Of a stretch of DNA of 64,000 nt, positions 1 to 9,232 are shown piece after piece. The notes below the pieces were generated by a model. It searched no databases. It was not told the origin of the DNA and worked only from the letters and a program-made list of their open reading frames with translations. Source of the DNA: a virus. Position 1 is the first letter of the stretch, and every line of letters begins with the position of its first letter. The DNA lies in the IMG/VR virus record IMGVR_UViG_3300050132_000084, positions 1 to 64,000 of that record; one strand, 5' to 3'. The position numbers were made by a program, and so were the translations under genes.

Positions 1-296
1 GCATATTCAACAAATGGAATATCATGGACTGCCTCTACTTTACCTTCATCACAATCATGGACATCTGTGACATACGGTAATGGAACATTTGTTGCTGTGG
101 CTGGTGGTGGTGTTTCAGTGGCTGCATATTCAACAAATGGAATATCATGGACTGCCTCTACTTTACCTTCATCACAATCATGGACATCTGTGACATACGG
201 TAATGGAACATTTGTTGCTGTGGCTGGTGGTGGTGTTTCAGTGGCTGCATATTCAACAAATGGAATATCATGGACTGCCTCTACTTTACCTTCATC
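1..296 (+). repeat. Perfect 123-bp (41-codon) in-frame tandem repeat, about 2.4 copies
   Basis: nt 1-123 and 124-246 are identical; 247-296 repeats the first 50 nt exactly before diverging. Confidence 0.9.
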
Positions 297-2280
297 CACA
301 AATTGGTATTCCGTTACATTTGGTAACGGAATATTTGTTGCAATATCACAATATAGTGGTGGAAATACAAATTTTGCATCAATATCACCAGATGGAATAA
401 ACTGGACTGCATATTTAAATTCTACAAGCAGTAACTGGAATAATATTTGTTATGGTGGGGGAACATTTGTATCTGTATCTGGTGCTGGTGCTGGTAATGG
501 TAATCTTGCATCAACAGTAACATCAGCATTTACACCATCACCAATCCCAAATACAATTGTTAGTAATTCTACAATTAAAGTTGTAGCATGTTCTAATGGA
601 ACAAATTATACATCATCTGATGGTATTTGTTGGACATCACGAACAGGATTAGCAATTTCTACACCATGGGTATCTTCTGTATATGGTGGAACAACCTTTG
701 TGATGATACCAAAATCTGGCAATATTGCTAGTTATAGTGCTGATGGAATCACATGGACTGCCTCTACTTTACCAAGTTCTACAACATGGACAAGTGTAAC
801 CTACGGTAATGGAACATTTGTGGCAGTGGCTACTGGTGGAACAAGTGCGGCATATAGTTCAAATGGTATCACATGGACTGCCTCTACTTTACCAAGTTCT
901 ACAACATGGGCATCTGTGACAGCATCATCCACAACATTTGTGGCAGTGGCTACTGGTGGAACAAGTGCGGCATATAGTTCAAATGGTATCACATGGACTG
1001 CCTCTACTTTACCTTCATCTTCAACATGGTCAACTGTTGGATATGGAAACAGTTTATTCATCACTGTTGCAACAGGAACTAATAAAGCAGCATATTCTAG
1101 TAATGGCGTAACATGGACAGCCGGTACAATGCCAACTACGGCAAATTGGAATTCTATCGTTTATGGTGCATCATTATTCAGTGTGACTAGTGATGGAATT
1201 ACTGGTGCAACTACTACGAACGGTAGTGCATGGACTCAGACAACGGGAATTAATGGTGCATTAACATTTGATGGAACACAATTCATTTCAATGGCTGGAT
1301 TCGATTCTGTTAAAACATCACCAGATGGAACCAACTGGACAAGCCATATTTTACCATTTCCTCAAATATTAAATAATGTTACCTATGGTAATGGATTATT
1401 CGTGGCTGTTGGATCAGGACAAAATAATGTATCAGTAAGTTCAAATGGTGTGACATGGACACAATCTCAGATTCCATCTAATATAAATTGGCAATCTGTG
1501 GCTTACGGTAATGGGGTATTCGTGGCACTATCTGGTGGATTAACATCTACATCTAGTGCAGCATATTCTAGTAATGGTTTAACATGGACATTGAGTACAC
1601 TACCAACTACGGCAAATTGGTCATGTGTTGCATATGGAAATGGAATATTTGTTGCATTATGTACAGGTGCAGGAACTTTAACAAATGGAACCAATTTTAA
1701 TTGTGCTACAAGTCCTAATGGAATAAATTGGACTCAACGTGTTATTACTAATCCAACAACTAATTATATGTCATTTTGGACATCTATTGTATATGGTAAC
1801 GGAATATTTGTTGCAGCAGCAGCAAATAATAATGTAGTGGTAACGGCAACATCACCAGATGGAATAAATTGGTCAAACAGTACTGTAGCCGCAACAATCG
1901 GAAATGGTGCATCTGTAACATATGGTAACGGTGTGTTTGTTATGCTTAATAATGCACCTACTTTTGCACAATCATCTACGGATGGAATAAATTGGACAAA
2001 ACGAACATTACCAACAGTTTCTGGATATTGGTCTACTGTAACATATGGTAATGGTGTATTCGTGGCATTGGCTGGTACATCATATGGGGTAGCATCAGCA
2101 GGATTGGGGCCAACAATATCAGGCGTGGCGGCAACATCACCAGATGGAATAAATTGGACACAACGAGCAATTCCAGTTTCATCAAATTGGAATTCCATTG
2201 CATATGGTGGTGGTGTATACGTTGCAACAAATGGATATACTGCTACACCCACAAATACTATGTTGTGCAGCACGATCTAA
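1..2280 (+). CDS. Repeat-rich virion fibre / receptor-binding-like protein (5' partial; frame open to window start)
   Basis: Frame 1 is open from nt 1; the listed ORF start at 67 is an internal GTG. More than a dozen ~40-aa units W.SV.YGNG.FVAV...S.(D/N)G(I/L).WT resemble BNR/Asp-box beta-propeller repeats. Lies in the late structural block. Confidence 0.75.
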   Translation, partial: AYSTNGISWTASTLPSSQSWTSVTYGNGTFVAVAGGGVSVAAYSTNGISWTASTLPSSQSWTSVTYGNGTFVAVAGGGVSVAAYSTNGISWTASTLPSSTNWYSVTFGNGIFVAISQYSGGNTNFASISPDGINWTAYLNSTSSNWNNICYGGGTFVSVSGAGAGNGNLASTVTSAFTPSPIPNTIVSNSTIKVVACSNGTNYTSSDGICWTSRTGLAISTPWVSSVYGGTTFVMIPKSGNIASYSADGITWTASTLPSSTTWTSVTYGNGTFVAVATGGTSAAYSSNGITWTASTLPSSTTWASVTASSTTFVAVATGGTSAAYSSNGITWTASTLPSSSTWSTVGYGNSLFITVATGTNKAAYSSNGVTWTAGTMPTTANWNSIVYGASLFSVTSDGITGATTTNGSAWTQTTGINGALTFDGTQFISMAGFDSVKTSPDGTNWTSHILPFPQILNNVTYGNGLFVAVGSGQNNVSVSSNGVTWTQSQIPSNINWQSVAYGNGVFVALSGGLTSTSSAAYSSNGLTWTLSTLPTTANWSCVAYGNGIFVALCTGAGTLTNGTNFNCATSPNGINWTQRVITNPTTNYMSFWTSIVYGNGIFVAAAANNNVVVTATSPDGINWSNSTVAATIGNGASVTYGNGVFVMLNNAPTFAQSSTDGINWTKRTLPTVSGYWSTVTYGNGVFVALAGTSYGVASAGLGPTISGVAATSPDGINWTQRAIPVSSNWNSIAYGGGVYVATNGYTATPTNTMLCSTI
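748..1016 (+). repeat. 120-bp in-frame tandem repeat inside the fibre gene
   Basis: Lines 781-900 and 901-1020 align with a 120-nt offset. About 80 nt are identical (tttgtggcagtggctactggtggaacaagtgcggcatatagttcaaatggtatcacatggactgcctctacttta), flanking a diverged ~30-nt patch. Confidence 0.85.
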
Positions 2281-2289
2281 GGATAATTG

Positions 2290-2820
2290 ATGAAATTAAT
2301 TATACAAAATAATAAAGTAGCATATACCGCAACTAATGAATATGTTCAGAATGGCAGTGAACAGGATATTGTCACTGTTCCTGATGGAACGGATATCACG
2401 AATTATGTTTACCTTGGAAACAATGTAGCCACTGCTCAAGCAAATTTAACAGCATCATTAGAGAATTATAGGATGGCTGCACAAAATGCTGGTCATAGTT
2501 ACACATTTCCTGATGGTGTAGGGGTGATTCAAACACGTGATCAGACATTGTATCAGGATATCTCCAATATTAATGGACAGGTGACAGCAGCATTGATTTT
2601 ACAATCACAGAATGTTACTACACCTGTATTAGATTTTCGTGATGAATCCAATGTGACACATTCTATGACACCGGCACAGGTCATCGCTATGGGTATGGCG
2701 GTATCCACATTCATTTCAGAATTATATCTATATAAATGGAATTTAGCCACGGAAATTGCAGCATATACCACAATGGAACAAATTGAAGCATTTAACCCAA
2801 GTTCAGGATGGCCTACATGA
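2290..2820 (+). CDS. Hypothetical protein downstream of fibre gene (possible fibre chaperone; DUF4376-like by recollection)
   Basis: ATG at 2290 follows aagga; the track start at 2287 is TTG. Position directly after the fibre gene; family assignment is weak. Confidence 0.6.
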   Translation: MKLIIQNNKVAYTATNEYVQNGSEQDIVTVPDGTDITNYVYLGNNVATAQANLTASLENYRMAAQNAGHSYTFPDGVGVIQTRDQTLYQDISNINGQVTAALILQSQNVTTPVLDFRDESNVTHSMTPAQVIAMGMAVSTFISELYLYKWNLATEIAAYTTMEQIEAFNPSSGWPT

Positions 2821-3104
2821 AAGAGAGATTAGGATTATTTTTAATCACATTTTTAATAATTATGTGTTTTCCATTGGCACTGATTAGATTATTTTATGCA
2901 ATATTAACAAATACAACAAGGGCATGGGAAATATTGGTAGCATTTGATCGTGTGGGGAACGCTGGTTTAAATGGTAATCCATCAGAAACTATTAGTTCAC
3001 GTGCATACAGGGGAACCACTGAAGGTAATAAAGGGTGGTGCATTTTATGTAAAATATTAGATAAAATACAGGCCAATCACTGCAAGAATTCTGCTGGAAC
3101 ATGA
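2808..3104 (+). CDS. Small membrane protein
   Basis: N-terminal hydrophobic helix LGLFLITFLIIMCFPLALIRLFYAIL; co-directional ORF overlapping the upstream stop. Confidence 0.5.
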   Translation: MAYMKERLGLFLITFLIIMCFPLALIRLFYAILTNTTRAWEILVAFDRVGNAGLNGNPSETISSRAYRGTTEGNKGWCILCKILDKIQANHCKNSAGT

Positions 3105-3110
3105 TAAATA
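3103..3110 (+). promoter_or_regulatory. T4-type late promoter motif (GATAAATA)
   Basis: Matches 7/8 of the T4 late -10 element TATAAATA, about 40 nt upstream of the ATG at 3151; a gp55 homologue is present in the window. Confidence 0.35.
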
Positions 3111-3150
3111 TTGCTAATGTTCAATATTAAACAATAACACGAGAAATCTA

Positions 3151-3576
3151 ATGACTCAAACTACAGCAGAACTAGCACATAGAATCGATATGTTAGAACA
3201 AATAAAAGAATCGATTAATGAGCGCACTAAAAATACAGATAAACGTGTTGAACTATTGGAACAAGCTGCTATAGATTCATCTGAACGATTGGATGCCATG
3301 AATGAAGTTCATACTGAAACTATGAATACATTATTTAAAATGCAGATCACATTAGAACAATTGAATGAAGTATTAACCACATTTAACAAATGGAAGAATA
3401 CTGGAAGTATCGTTAGAACAATTGGTGATGGGTTCATATGGATAGCAAAAGTAGGTATTGTTATAACAATGTTATGGAGTGCATTAACATTTCATCCGGG
3501 GAATACACATACAGAAAATGGCAAATTAGTACAAGATAAAGCCATATTAGAAAAAATAATTGAGATGGAAAAGTAA
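3151..3576 (+). CDS. Coiled-coil protein with C-terminal transmembrane helix
   Basis: Heptad-like N-terminal half, then the hydrophobic stretch FIWIAKVGIVITMLWSALTF. No family recognised. Confidence 0.6.
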   Translation: MTQTTAELAHRIDMLEQIKESINERTKNTDKRVELLEQAAIDSSERLDAMNEVHTETMNTLFKMQITLEQLNEVLTTFNKWKNTGSIVRTIGDGFIWIAKVGIVITMLWSALTFHPGNTHTENGKLVQDKAILEKIIEMEK

Positions 3577-3890
3577 TGGCACAAGATTACACACTATACA
3601 TTGATCAAGGGGCAAATTTCACAGAATCTATCACTGTTAATAATGTTGATTTAACTACGGCCACAATTTCATCTAAGATGCGACCTACGTATGCATCATC
3701 TTCATTTACATCGTTCACTATAACTCCAACATTATTGAGTGGTGGACAATTCACAATGTCATTAACGGCTGCACAAACTGCTGCATTAACGCCGGGAAAA
3801 TATGTTTATGATCTAATTTATAGTATTGGTGGAAATGTTATTCGTGTGATGCAAGGTATCGTTGATGTTAGTCCAATGGCAACATATTAA
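3576..3890 (+). CDS. Hypothetical virion-module protein
   Basis: TAATG-coupled to the upstream gene; lies in the structural block. Confidence 0.6.
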   Translation: MAQDYTLYIDQGANFTESITVNNVDLTTATISSKMRPTYASSSFTSFTITPTLLSGGQFTMSLTAAQTAALTPGKYVYDLIYSIGGNVIRVMQGIVDVSPMATY

Positions 3891-3892
3891 TC

Positions 3893-4384
3893 ATGGTATC
3901 TATCACAGTCAATCAACCACAACCAGTACAGGTTAAAGCATTACAAGTTGGCCCACAGGGGCCAGCAGCACCTAATGGTGCAACACTAGCTTCAAATGAA
4001 TTCACTGGTGCACAAATACTAAAGAATAATGATTTAGAAACAGCTAAGACCATCACATTTAATGGTGAATATGATAATGGTGCATCAGGAACAGGTAATA
4101 TCACCATTAATTGGGAAAATGGACAATTTCAGAGAGTTGAATTAACTGGAAATTGTACTATCACGATAAATAGTCCTATTGGAGTTTGCCATAATCAATT
4201 GAGATTGATTCAGAATGCTACTGGTGGATACACTGTGACATGGGTTGGATTAAGTTCAACACGATGGATGGGAAGTGCAATAGTTCCTAATATAAATAGT
4301 AATGCAAATGGAGAAACAGTGATTAATATGTTTTTCGATGGTTCAAATTTTTTACAGAGTATGGGCCGCATAGGTACAAGTTAA
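3893..4384 (+). CDS. Hypothetical virion-module protein
   Basis: Co-directional packed ORF. The C-terminal pattern LTGNCTITIN...GGYTVTW...DGSNF resembles that of ORF 59428. Confidence 0.6.
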   Translation: MVSITVNQPQPVQVKALQVGPQGPAAPNGATLASNEFTGAQILKNNDLETAKTITFNGEYDNGASGTGNITINWENGQFQRVELTGNCTITINSPIGVCHNQLRLIQNATGGYTVTWVGLSSTRWMGSAIVPNINSNANGETVINMFFDGSNFLQSMGRIGTS

Positions 4385-4404
4385 TTAAACGAAAGAGAAT
4401 AAAA

Positions 4405-4590
4405 ATGTCTATTCCAAAGGGTACAACAGTAGTACAAAAAGTTGAAGTAATCACTGGTGTGACTACTAAAACACAATTTAACGAAAGTGTTGACTCACTA
4501 GAATATTTGGTTGAATACACCAATGCTGCTGGCGAACCTCATTCACGGTGGTTTTTAGAATCACAAATTTCACCAGTAACAGGAGCTTAA
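4405..4590 (+). CDS. Hypothetical small protein
   Basis: Packed ORF between structural genes with an agagaataaaaATG context. Confidence 0.45.
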   Translation: MSIPKGTTVVQKVEVITGVTTKTQFNESVDSLEYLVEYTNAAGEPHSRWFLESQISPVTGA

Positions 4591-4591
4591 T

Positions 4592-5221
4592 ATGATGACT
4601 AACGATAAAGTAGACTCAACTGAAAATATTTCATCTACCACTTCTGCGACATCTGGTGTCAATGAAGATTGTGGCATGATAATCGGACGATTCACCGCAG
4701 TTTGTAAAGATTCTGATGGTAATACCCTATGGACAGAAGAATTCAATAATACTGTCACAGTGATTGGTAAACAATTACTATTGGATACTACACTGGCTGG
4801 ATCAGCTTATACCACAGTTGGGCCATATATGGGATTGATTTCATCAGTTTCATATGCTGGTGCACCATTGTATAGTGATACCATGGCTTCTCATACAAAT
4901 TGGAAAGAAGCTGATTCAACTAATGCACCAGCATATACACTAGGACTAACATCTGGTGGTGGTGCCACACGTGGAACTACAGCTTGGTCAGCATCAACAA
5001 CTTCTACAAGCACTGCCACTAAAGCATTATCAGCATCACAGAATTATTATTTCACTGGTGCAGGAACCGTTGAAGGTATTTTCATTGTGACTGGCACTGG
5101 TGCAGTTTCAACATGGGAAAATACTTCAGGAACATTGTTTAGTGCTGGTGCATTTGGCACAGCCCAACCAGTTGTAGCTACAAATACTTTGAGTGTAAGT
5201 TATTCCACTTCAATTGCTTAA
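4592..5221 (+). CDS. Hypothetical virion-module protein (Ser/Thr/Gly-rich)
   Basis: Packed ORF; composition typical of fibre or decoration proteins. Confidence 0.6.
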   Translation: MMTNDKVDSTENISSTTSATSGVNEDCGMIIGRFTAVCKDSDGNTLWTEEFNNTVTVIGKQLLLDTTLAGSAYTTVGPYMGLISSVSYAGAPLYSDTMASHTNWKEADSTNAPAYTLGLTSGGGATRGTTAWSASTTSTSTATKALSASQNYYFTGAGTVEGIFIVTGTGAVSTWENTSGTLFSAGAFGTAQPVVATNTLSVSYSTSIA

Positions 5222-5235
5222 TAGTTAGAGATTAA

Positions 5236-6984
5236 ATGTCAGATAATGTTGTATTAAATCTCGGTAGTGGTGGTGCATCAGTTCGTGCAAAGAATATTGC
5301 CGGGGTTGATACACAGATCATTCAATTAGATTTTGGTGGAGAAAGTGCTGAATCACTTGTCTCTAATACCAATCCACTACCTTCTGGAATTTATGATGCA
5401 TCAGGTAATGCAATAAATTCTTTAGCAGCAGGAACAGGACAAAATGGATTAATGGTTGCCATGGGGGCAACCAATTTTTTCTATAGTGTAGTAAACACGA
5501 CATCAACACAACTGGCTGCTGGTGCATCGTTCGTCGGTGGTGTTGAAACAGCTTTAAATGAACCATCTGCATCAATATTATTAACTACAGATCAACCAGT
5601 AATATTCACAATAAATCAGTATGAGGATGCTGGTGGAACACAGTTGGTCAGTACATGGTCATGGAATATTGCTGCAAATAATTCATTTAGTAGATCATTT
5701 GTAATAAATGGAAATTATTTAAATTTCGTCGTGATTAATGTAGGTCAACAAGCTACAACTAAATTTAATTTAAATGTAGCTTATGGTGCGATACCAAGTG
5801 CAACAAATCTTGGAAATACACCAGTATCATTAAATGAAATTAATGGAATACAAATTCCAACTGGTGGTAGTTTACCTGTCAATGTTATTGGAAGTACCTT
5901 AGTTGGTGATCCTGCCACAATTGCAGCACAATCATCTGATTCACCTTTATTCCTTGCTCAAACTGGTGATCCTTCTGGTGATTGGGCAAACGTTGATATG
6001 TTCGATGCCATGTTTAATCCATCAACAGGATTATCTCAGGCTGTGAACGTGGTGAATCCTGTACCAACTGATGTAAATTCTGTAAATAATGGAACGCTTG
6101 AAGCAGACAGTAAAACTTATTATTTGTCTAGTGGACAATCAATATTAATTGATACAACTGGATATGATTCATTAAGCATTCAATCTATTGCTGGTATCAT
6201 CACAGTTACACAGGGTAATACTCAAAATGCATTAATAAGTTTTTCAAATGTTCTTAATAATACTACCGGGGCAACTCTTAACACAGTAGCTACTGGTGTT
6301 GTTGGAACTATGCCAACAACTTGTAGATGGGTAAAATTAGCAATGGCTGTAGGTGCAACTAACTATGGTGTGGCTGTTTTGCGTAGTGCACCACCAACTA
6401 TAAATTCACTAGGTGGTTTTGGCATAAATTTATCGACTATTGCTGGAAATAGCGTAGTAAATGGTGGTATAACAGGATCACTAGGTGTTGGTGGTAACGT
6501 TGCAGAAAATACTGTCGCCGGTGGATTTCCAGTCATGGTTGGGGGTGTTGCAAGAACAACAGCATTAATAGCACAAAGTAATGGTGCTATTGTTAGACAT
6601 ACTATGAGTTCAGGTGGTGCACTTGTTACATGGCCGTATGCCGTGCCGGACGTTTCGTGGCAAGCCACATCAGGGTTAACTCCACTAGCAACTACCGCAT
6701 CAACTGCACTTGTTGCTGCTGGCGCTGCTGGAATTAGAAATTATTGCACAGCCATTCAAATACAAAATACTTCTACTTCTATACAACCAGTTGTAACTAT
6801 ATTGGACGGTACAACTGTAATATGGGCAGCGTGTCTAGGTGAAGGTTCAGCAACTAGTGATCCAATGATTACAATAGTATTTCCAACCCCACTTAAAGGA
6901 ACTGCTGCTACTGCAATGAATATTCAGTCGTCATCAGCAGTAGCAACAGTTTACTATAATGCCCAAGGATTCCAAGCACCTTAA
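5236..6984 (+). CDS. Large hypothetical virion protein
   Basis: 582-aa ORF in the structural block; Gly/Thr/Asn/Val-rich, beta-rich composition. Confidence 0.7.
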   Translation: MSDNVVLNLGSGGASVRAKNIAGVDTQIIQLDFGGESAESLVSNTNPLPSGIYDASGNAINSLAAGTGQNGLMVAMGATNFFYSVVNTTSTQLAAGASFVGGVETALNEPSASILLTTDQPVIFTINQYEDAGGTQLVSTWSWNIAANNSFSRSFVINGNYLNFVVINVGQQATTKFNLNVAYGAIPSATNLGNTPVSLNEINGIQIPTGGSLPVNVIGSTLVGDPATIAAQSSDSPLFLAQTGDPSGDWANVDMFDAMFNPSTGLSQAVNVVNPVPTDVNSVNNGTLEADSKTYYLSSGQSILIDTTGYDSLSIQSIAGIITVTQGNTQNALISFSNVLNNTTGATLNTVATGVVGTMPTTCRWVKLAMAVGATNYGVAVLRSAPPTINSLGGFGINLSTIAGNSVVNGGITGSLGVGGNVAENTVAGGFPVMVGGVARTTALIAQSNGAIVRHTMSSGGALVTWPYAVPDVSWQATSGLTPLATTASTALVAAGAAGIRNYCTAIQIQNTSTSIQPVVTILDGTTVIWAACLGEGSATSDPMITIVFPTPLKGTAATAMNIQSSSAVATVYYNAQGFQAP

Positions 6985-6997
6985 TTAAGGAAATTTT

Positions 6998-7336
6998 ATG
7001 AGTACAACACAATATGATGCAACTGTAATTGGTGGAATGCGCGTAGATGTTTCACGAGTTTTAATCGATTATGCACAATCTGGAATACCCACAGTAAATG
7101 TTATTCAGACTGGTGCAGTCACTATGGCAGATGGTTCAGTACAATGGATTCCACTACCACCTAATGTTTCTTCAACATTAACATTCCAATTGGATTTAGT
7201 AAATAATGCGGCTACACCTATACCAGAAGTTGATTTTACCACTGGTGCAACGTTATCTACTAATACATCATTGGAACAAGTTCTATTAGGTGTGTTGGCA
7301 ATAATTCGTCAACAACAAAATATTTCTAACCCATAA
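6998..7336 (+). CDS. Hypothetical virion-module protein
   Basis: Packed co-directional ORF with an aaggaaattttATG context. Confidence 0.6.
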   Translation: MSTTQYDATVIGGMRVDVSRVLIDYAQSGIPTVNVIQTGAVTMADGSVQWIPLPPNVSSTLTFQLDLVNNAATPIPEVDFTTGATLSTNTSLEQVLLGVLAIIRQQQNISNP

Positions 7337-7339
7337 ATA
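7332..7339 (+). promoter_or_regulatory. T4-type late promoter motif (CATAAATA)
   Basis: ATAAATA core 29 nt upstream of the ATG at 7368. Confidence 0.4.
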
Positions 7340-7367
7340 GTACATAATTAAATAAGGAGCAATAAAC

Positions 7368-8012
7368 ATGATCGTAACAGGCAACGTAGGTGCACCACAG
7401 GCATCATCAACACCGGGAACACAAACACAACCAATTCGTCAGGGTAATCTGAATGAAATTATCATTGGTGAAGTTCATGGCACATATTATGAGGGTACAT
7501 ATCGTGGGGGACGTTTTGGTGGTGCAATGCAAGCGGTATTAGCTACTGCAACTATCGCTGGTGTAAGCACAGCCGTCACTGGTACATCAGTTTTATATAA
7601 TCCAATTGGTTCCAAAGTGAACTTGGCTATAGATAAATTTGGTGTTGGATTTGTTGTTGCACCAGCAGCACCATTAGTTTATGGTCTTGCAACTGGATGG
7701 AGTACAGGAGCATTAGCAGGTACATTGACATCATTGAATCCAAAATCCAAGAATATTGGTTCAGGTTATCAACCAGTAGGACAATTATTCGCATCTGCCG
7801 CAATCACATTACCAGTTGCACCAACAGTTGATACAGTTTTAGGAATGTTAGACACTGGTGCTGTAACCACTGTAACTAATACCGTTAATATATTCGATTT
7901 GCAAAGTGGAATCATTCTTCCACCGGGTGGATATGCTGTATTCTGGACTTCGGCCGTATTAGCAGCATCAGCACATATTGCAAGTTGGAGTTGGGAAGAA
8001 GTCCCCGTATAA
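7368..8012 (+). CDS. Hypothetical virion-module protein
   Basis: RBS aaggag upstream; followed by a strong terminator. Confidence 0.65.
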   Translation: MIVTGNVGAPQASSTPGTQTQPIRQGNLNEIIIGEVHGTYYEGTYRGGRFGGAMQAVLATATIAGVSTAVTGTSVLYNPIGSKVNLAIDKFGVGFVVAPAAPLVYGLATGWSTGALAGTLTSLNPKSKNIGSGYQPVGQLFASAAITLPVAPTVDTVLGMLDTGAVTTVTNTVNIFDLQSGIILPPGGYAVFWTSAVLAASAHIASWSWEEVPV

Positions 8013-8030
8013 TTGTATTTAAGAAACTTT

Positions 8031-8071
8031 AATGCATCCAGTGATTTATTTTGCTGGATGCATTTTCATTT
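8031..8071 (+). terminator. Rho-independent terminator
   Basis: Stem atgcatccag (8032-8041) pairs with ctggatgcat (8054-8063), followed by tttcattt. Confidence 0.8.
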
Positions 8072-8107
8072 ATGGACTAAATAAAATATATAATAGAAGG
8101 TCTATAA

Positions 8108-9220
8108 ATGACGTTATTAACATTATTTCAGAACAATTTGAGTAGTGGTGGATCAGGAAACTTTAGTGTTTCATTGACTGATACCATCACTAGTTCTGAT
8201 TTAATATCCAATGTTGCTAATTTCAATGCAACATACGCCGATCCCACAATAACAAGTAGTGATACACTATCGGAAATAATGGCTGCAACTGATGCCGTTA
8301 CTGATAGTGCTACAATATCAGATATCAATTCATCTGGCCTTGGTCTATCATTGACTGATAGTGCTACAATTTCTGACACATTCACTGAAATTATGGCAGT
8401 GACTGAATCATTGACTGATAGTGCTACAATATCAGATATTATATCCGAAATAACAGGATATCCAAAGTCAAACACTGATAGTGGTACAATTTCTGACACA
8501 TTCACTGAAATTATGGCAGTGACTGAATCATTGACTGATAGTGGTACAGCATCAGATATTATATCCGAAATAACAGGATATCCAAAGTCAAACACTGATT
8601 CAGTAACAGCATCAGACACAAATAATGCACAAATGGCAGCTACAGATATTGTATCTGATAGTGGTACAGCATCAGATATTATATCCGAAATAACAGGATA
8701 TCCAAAGTCAAACACTGATTCAGTAACAGCATCAGATATCAATTCATCTGGCCTTGGTCTATCATTGACTGATAGTGCTACAATTTCTGACACATTCACG
8801 GAAATAATGGCTGCAACAGATTCATTGACTGATAGTGATACAATTTCTGACACATTCACTGAAATTATGGCAGTGACTGAATCATTGACTGATAGTGGTA
8901 CAATTTCTGACACATTCACGGAAATAATGGCTGCAACAGATTCATTGACTGATAGTGGTACAATTTCTGACACATTTATTGTCAGTTATGCAATATCACA
9001 AAATATTGTTGATAGTATTACATCAAATGATTTGAGTTCATATGTGGCTACTTTTGTAGCTTCATTAAATGATTCAGCCACTATCAGTGATACACAATCC
9101 AATATATTTGGACGATATCTAAATATGATGGAGACAATGACCATTTCTGATACAACAACATTCACATTCTCAGGAAGTGGTTATAGTGTAAATGGATTAT
9201 TCTTCGGTACAGCATTCTAA
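8108..9220 (+). CDS. Highly repetitive protein in the wac (fibritin) position upstream of g13
   Basis: About 14 copies of a 20-aa unit (S)LTDS(A/G)TISDTFTEIMA(V/A)TE, interleaved with ISDIISEITGYPKSNTDS units. It sits immediately before the g13 homologue, as wac does in T4. Confidence 0.7.
   Translation: MTLLTLFQNNLSSGGSGNFSVSLTDTITSSDLISNVANFNATYADPTITSSDTLSEIMAATDAVTDSATISDINSSGLGLSLTDSATISDTFTEIMAVTESLTDSATISDIISEITGYPKSNTDSGTISDTFTEIMAVTESLTDSGTASDIISEITGYPKSNTDSVTASDTNNAQMAATDIVSDSGTASDIISEITGYPKSNTDSVTASDINSSGLGLSLTDSATISDTFTEIMAATDSLTDSDTISDTFTEIMAVTESLTDSGTISDTFTEIMAATDSLTDSGTISDTFIVSYAISQNIVDSITSNDLSSYVATFVASLNDSATISDTQSNIFGRYLNMMETMTISDTTTFTFSGSGYSVNGLFFGTAF
8330..8975 (+). repeat. 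60-/120-bp in-frame tandem repeat array (coding)
   Basis: Near-identical units such as tcattgactgatagtgctacaatttctgacacattcactgaaattatggcagtgactgaa recur throughout. Confidence 0.85.
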
Positions 9221-9232
9221 AAAGGTAATATA

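Noticed and set aside
8128-8973. 281-aa antisense ORF across the repeat array (also 801..1064, 1503..1694, 1764..2273 and 2033..2230 on the minus strand of the fibre gene)
   Set aside because: These are by-products of in-frame tandem repeats, since periodic sequence lacks stops on the opposite strand. The + strand ORFs fit the co-directional late operon and have sensible starts.
8330-8975. Possible CRISPR array (regular 60-bp periodicity); likewise 57438..57557
   Set aside because: There are no unique spacers between repeats. The units are contiguous, in-frame and coding, and no cas genes are present.
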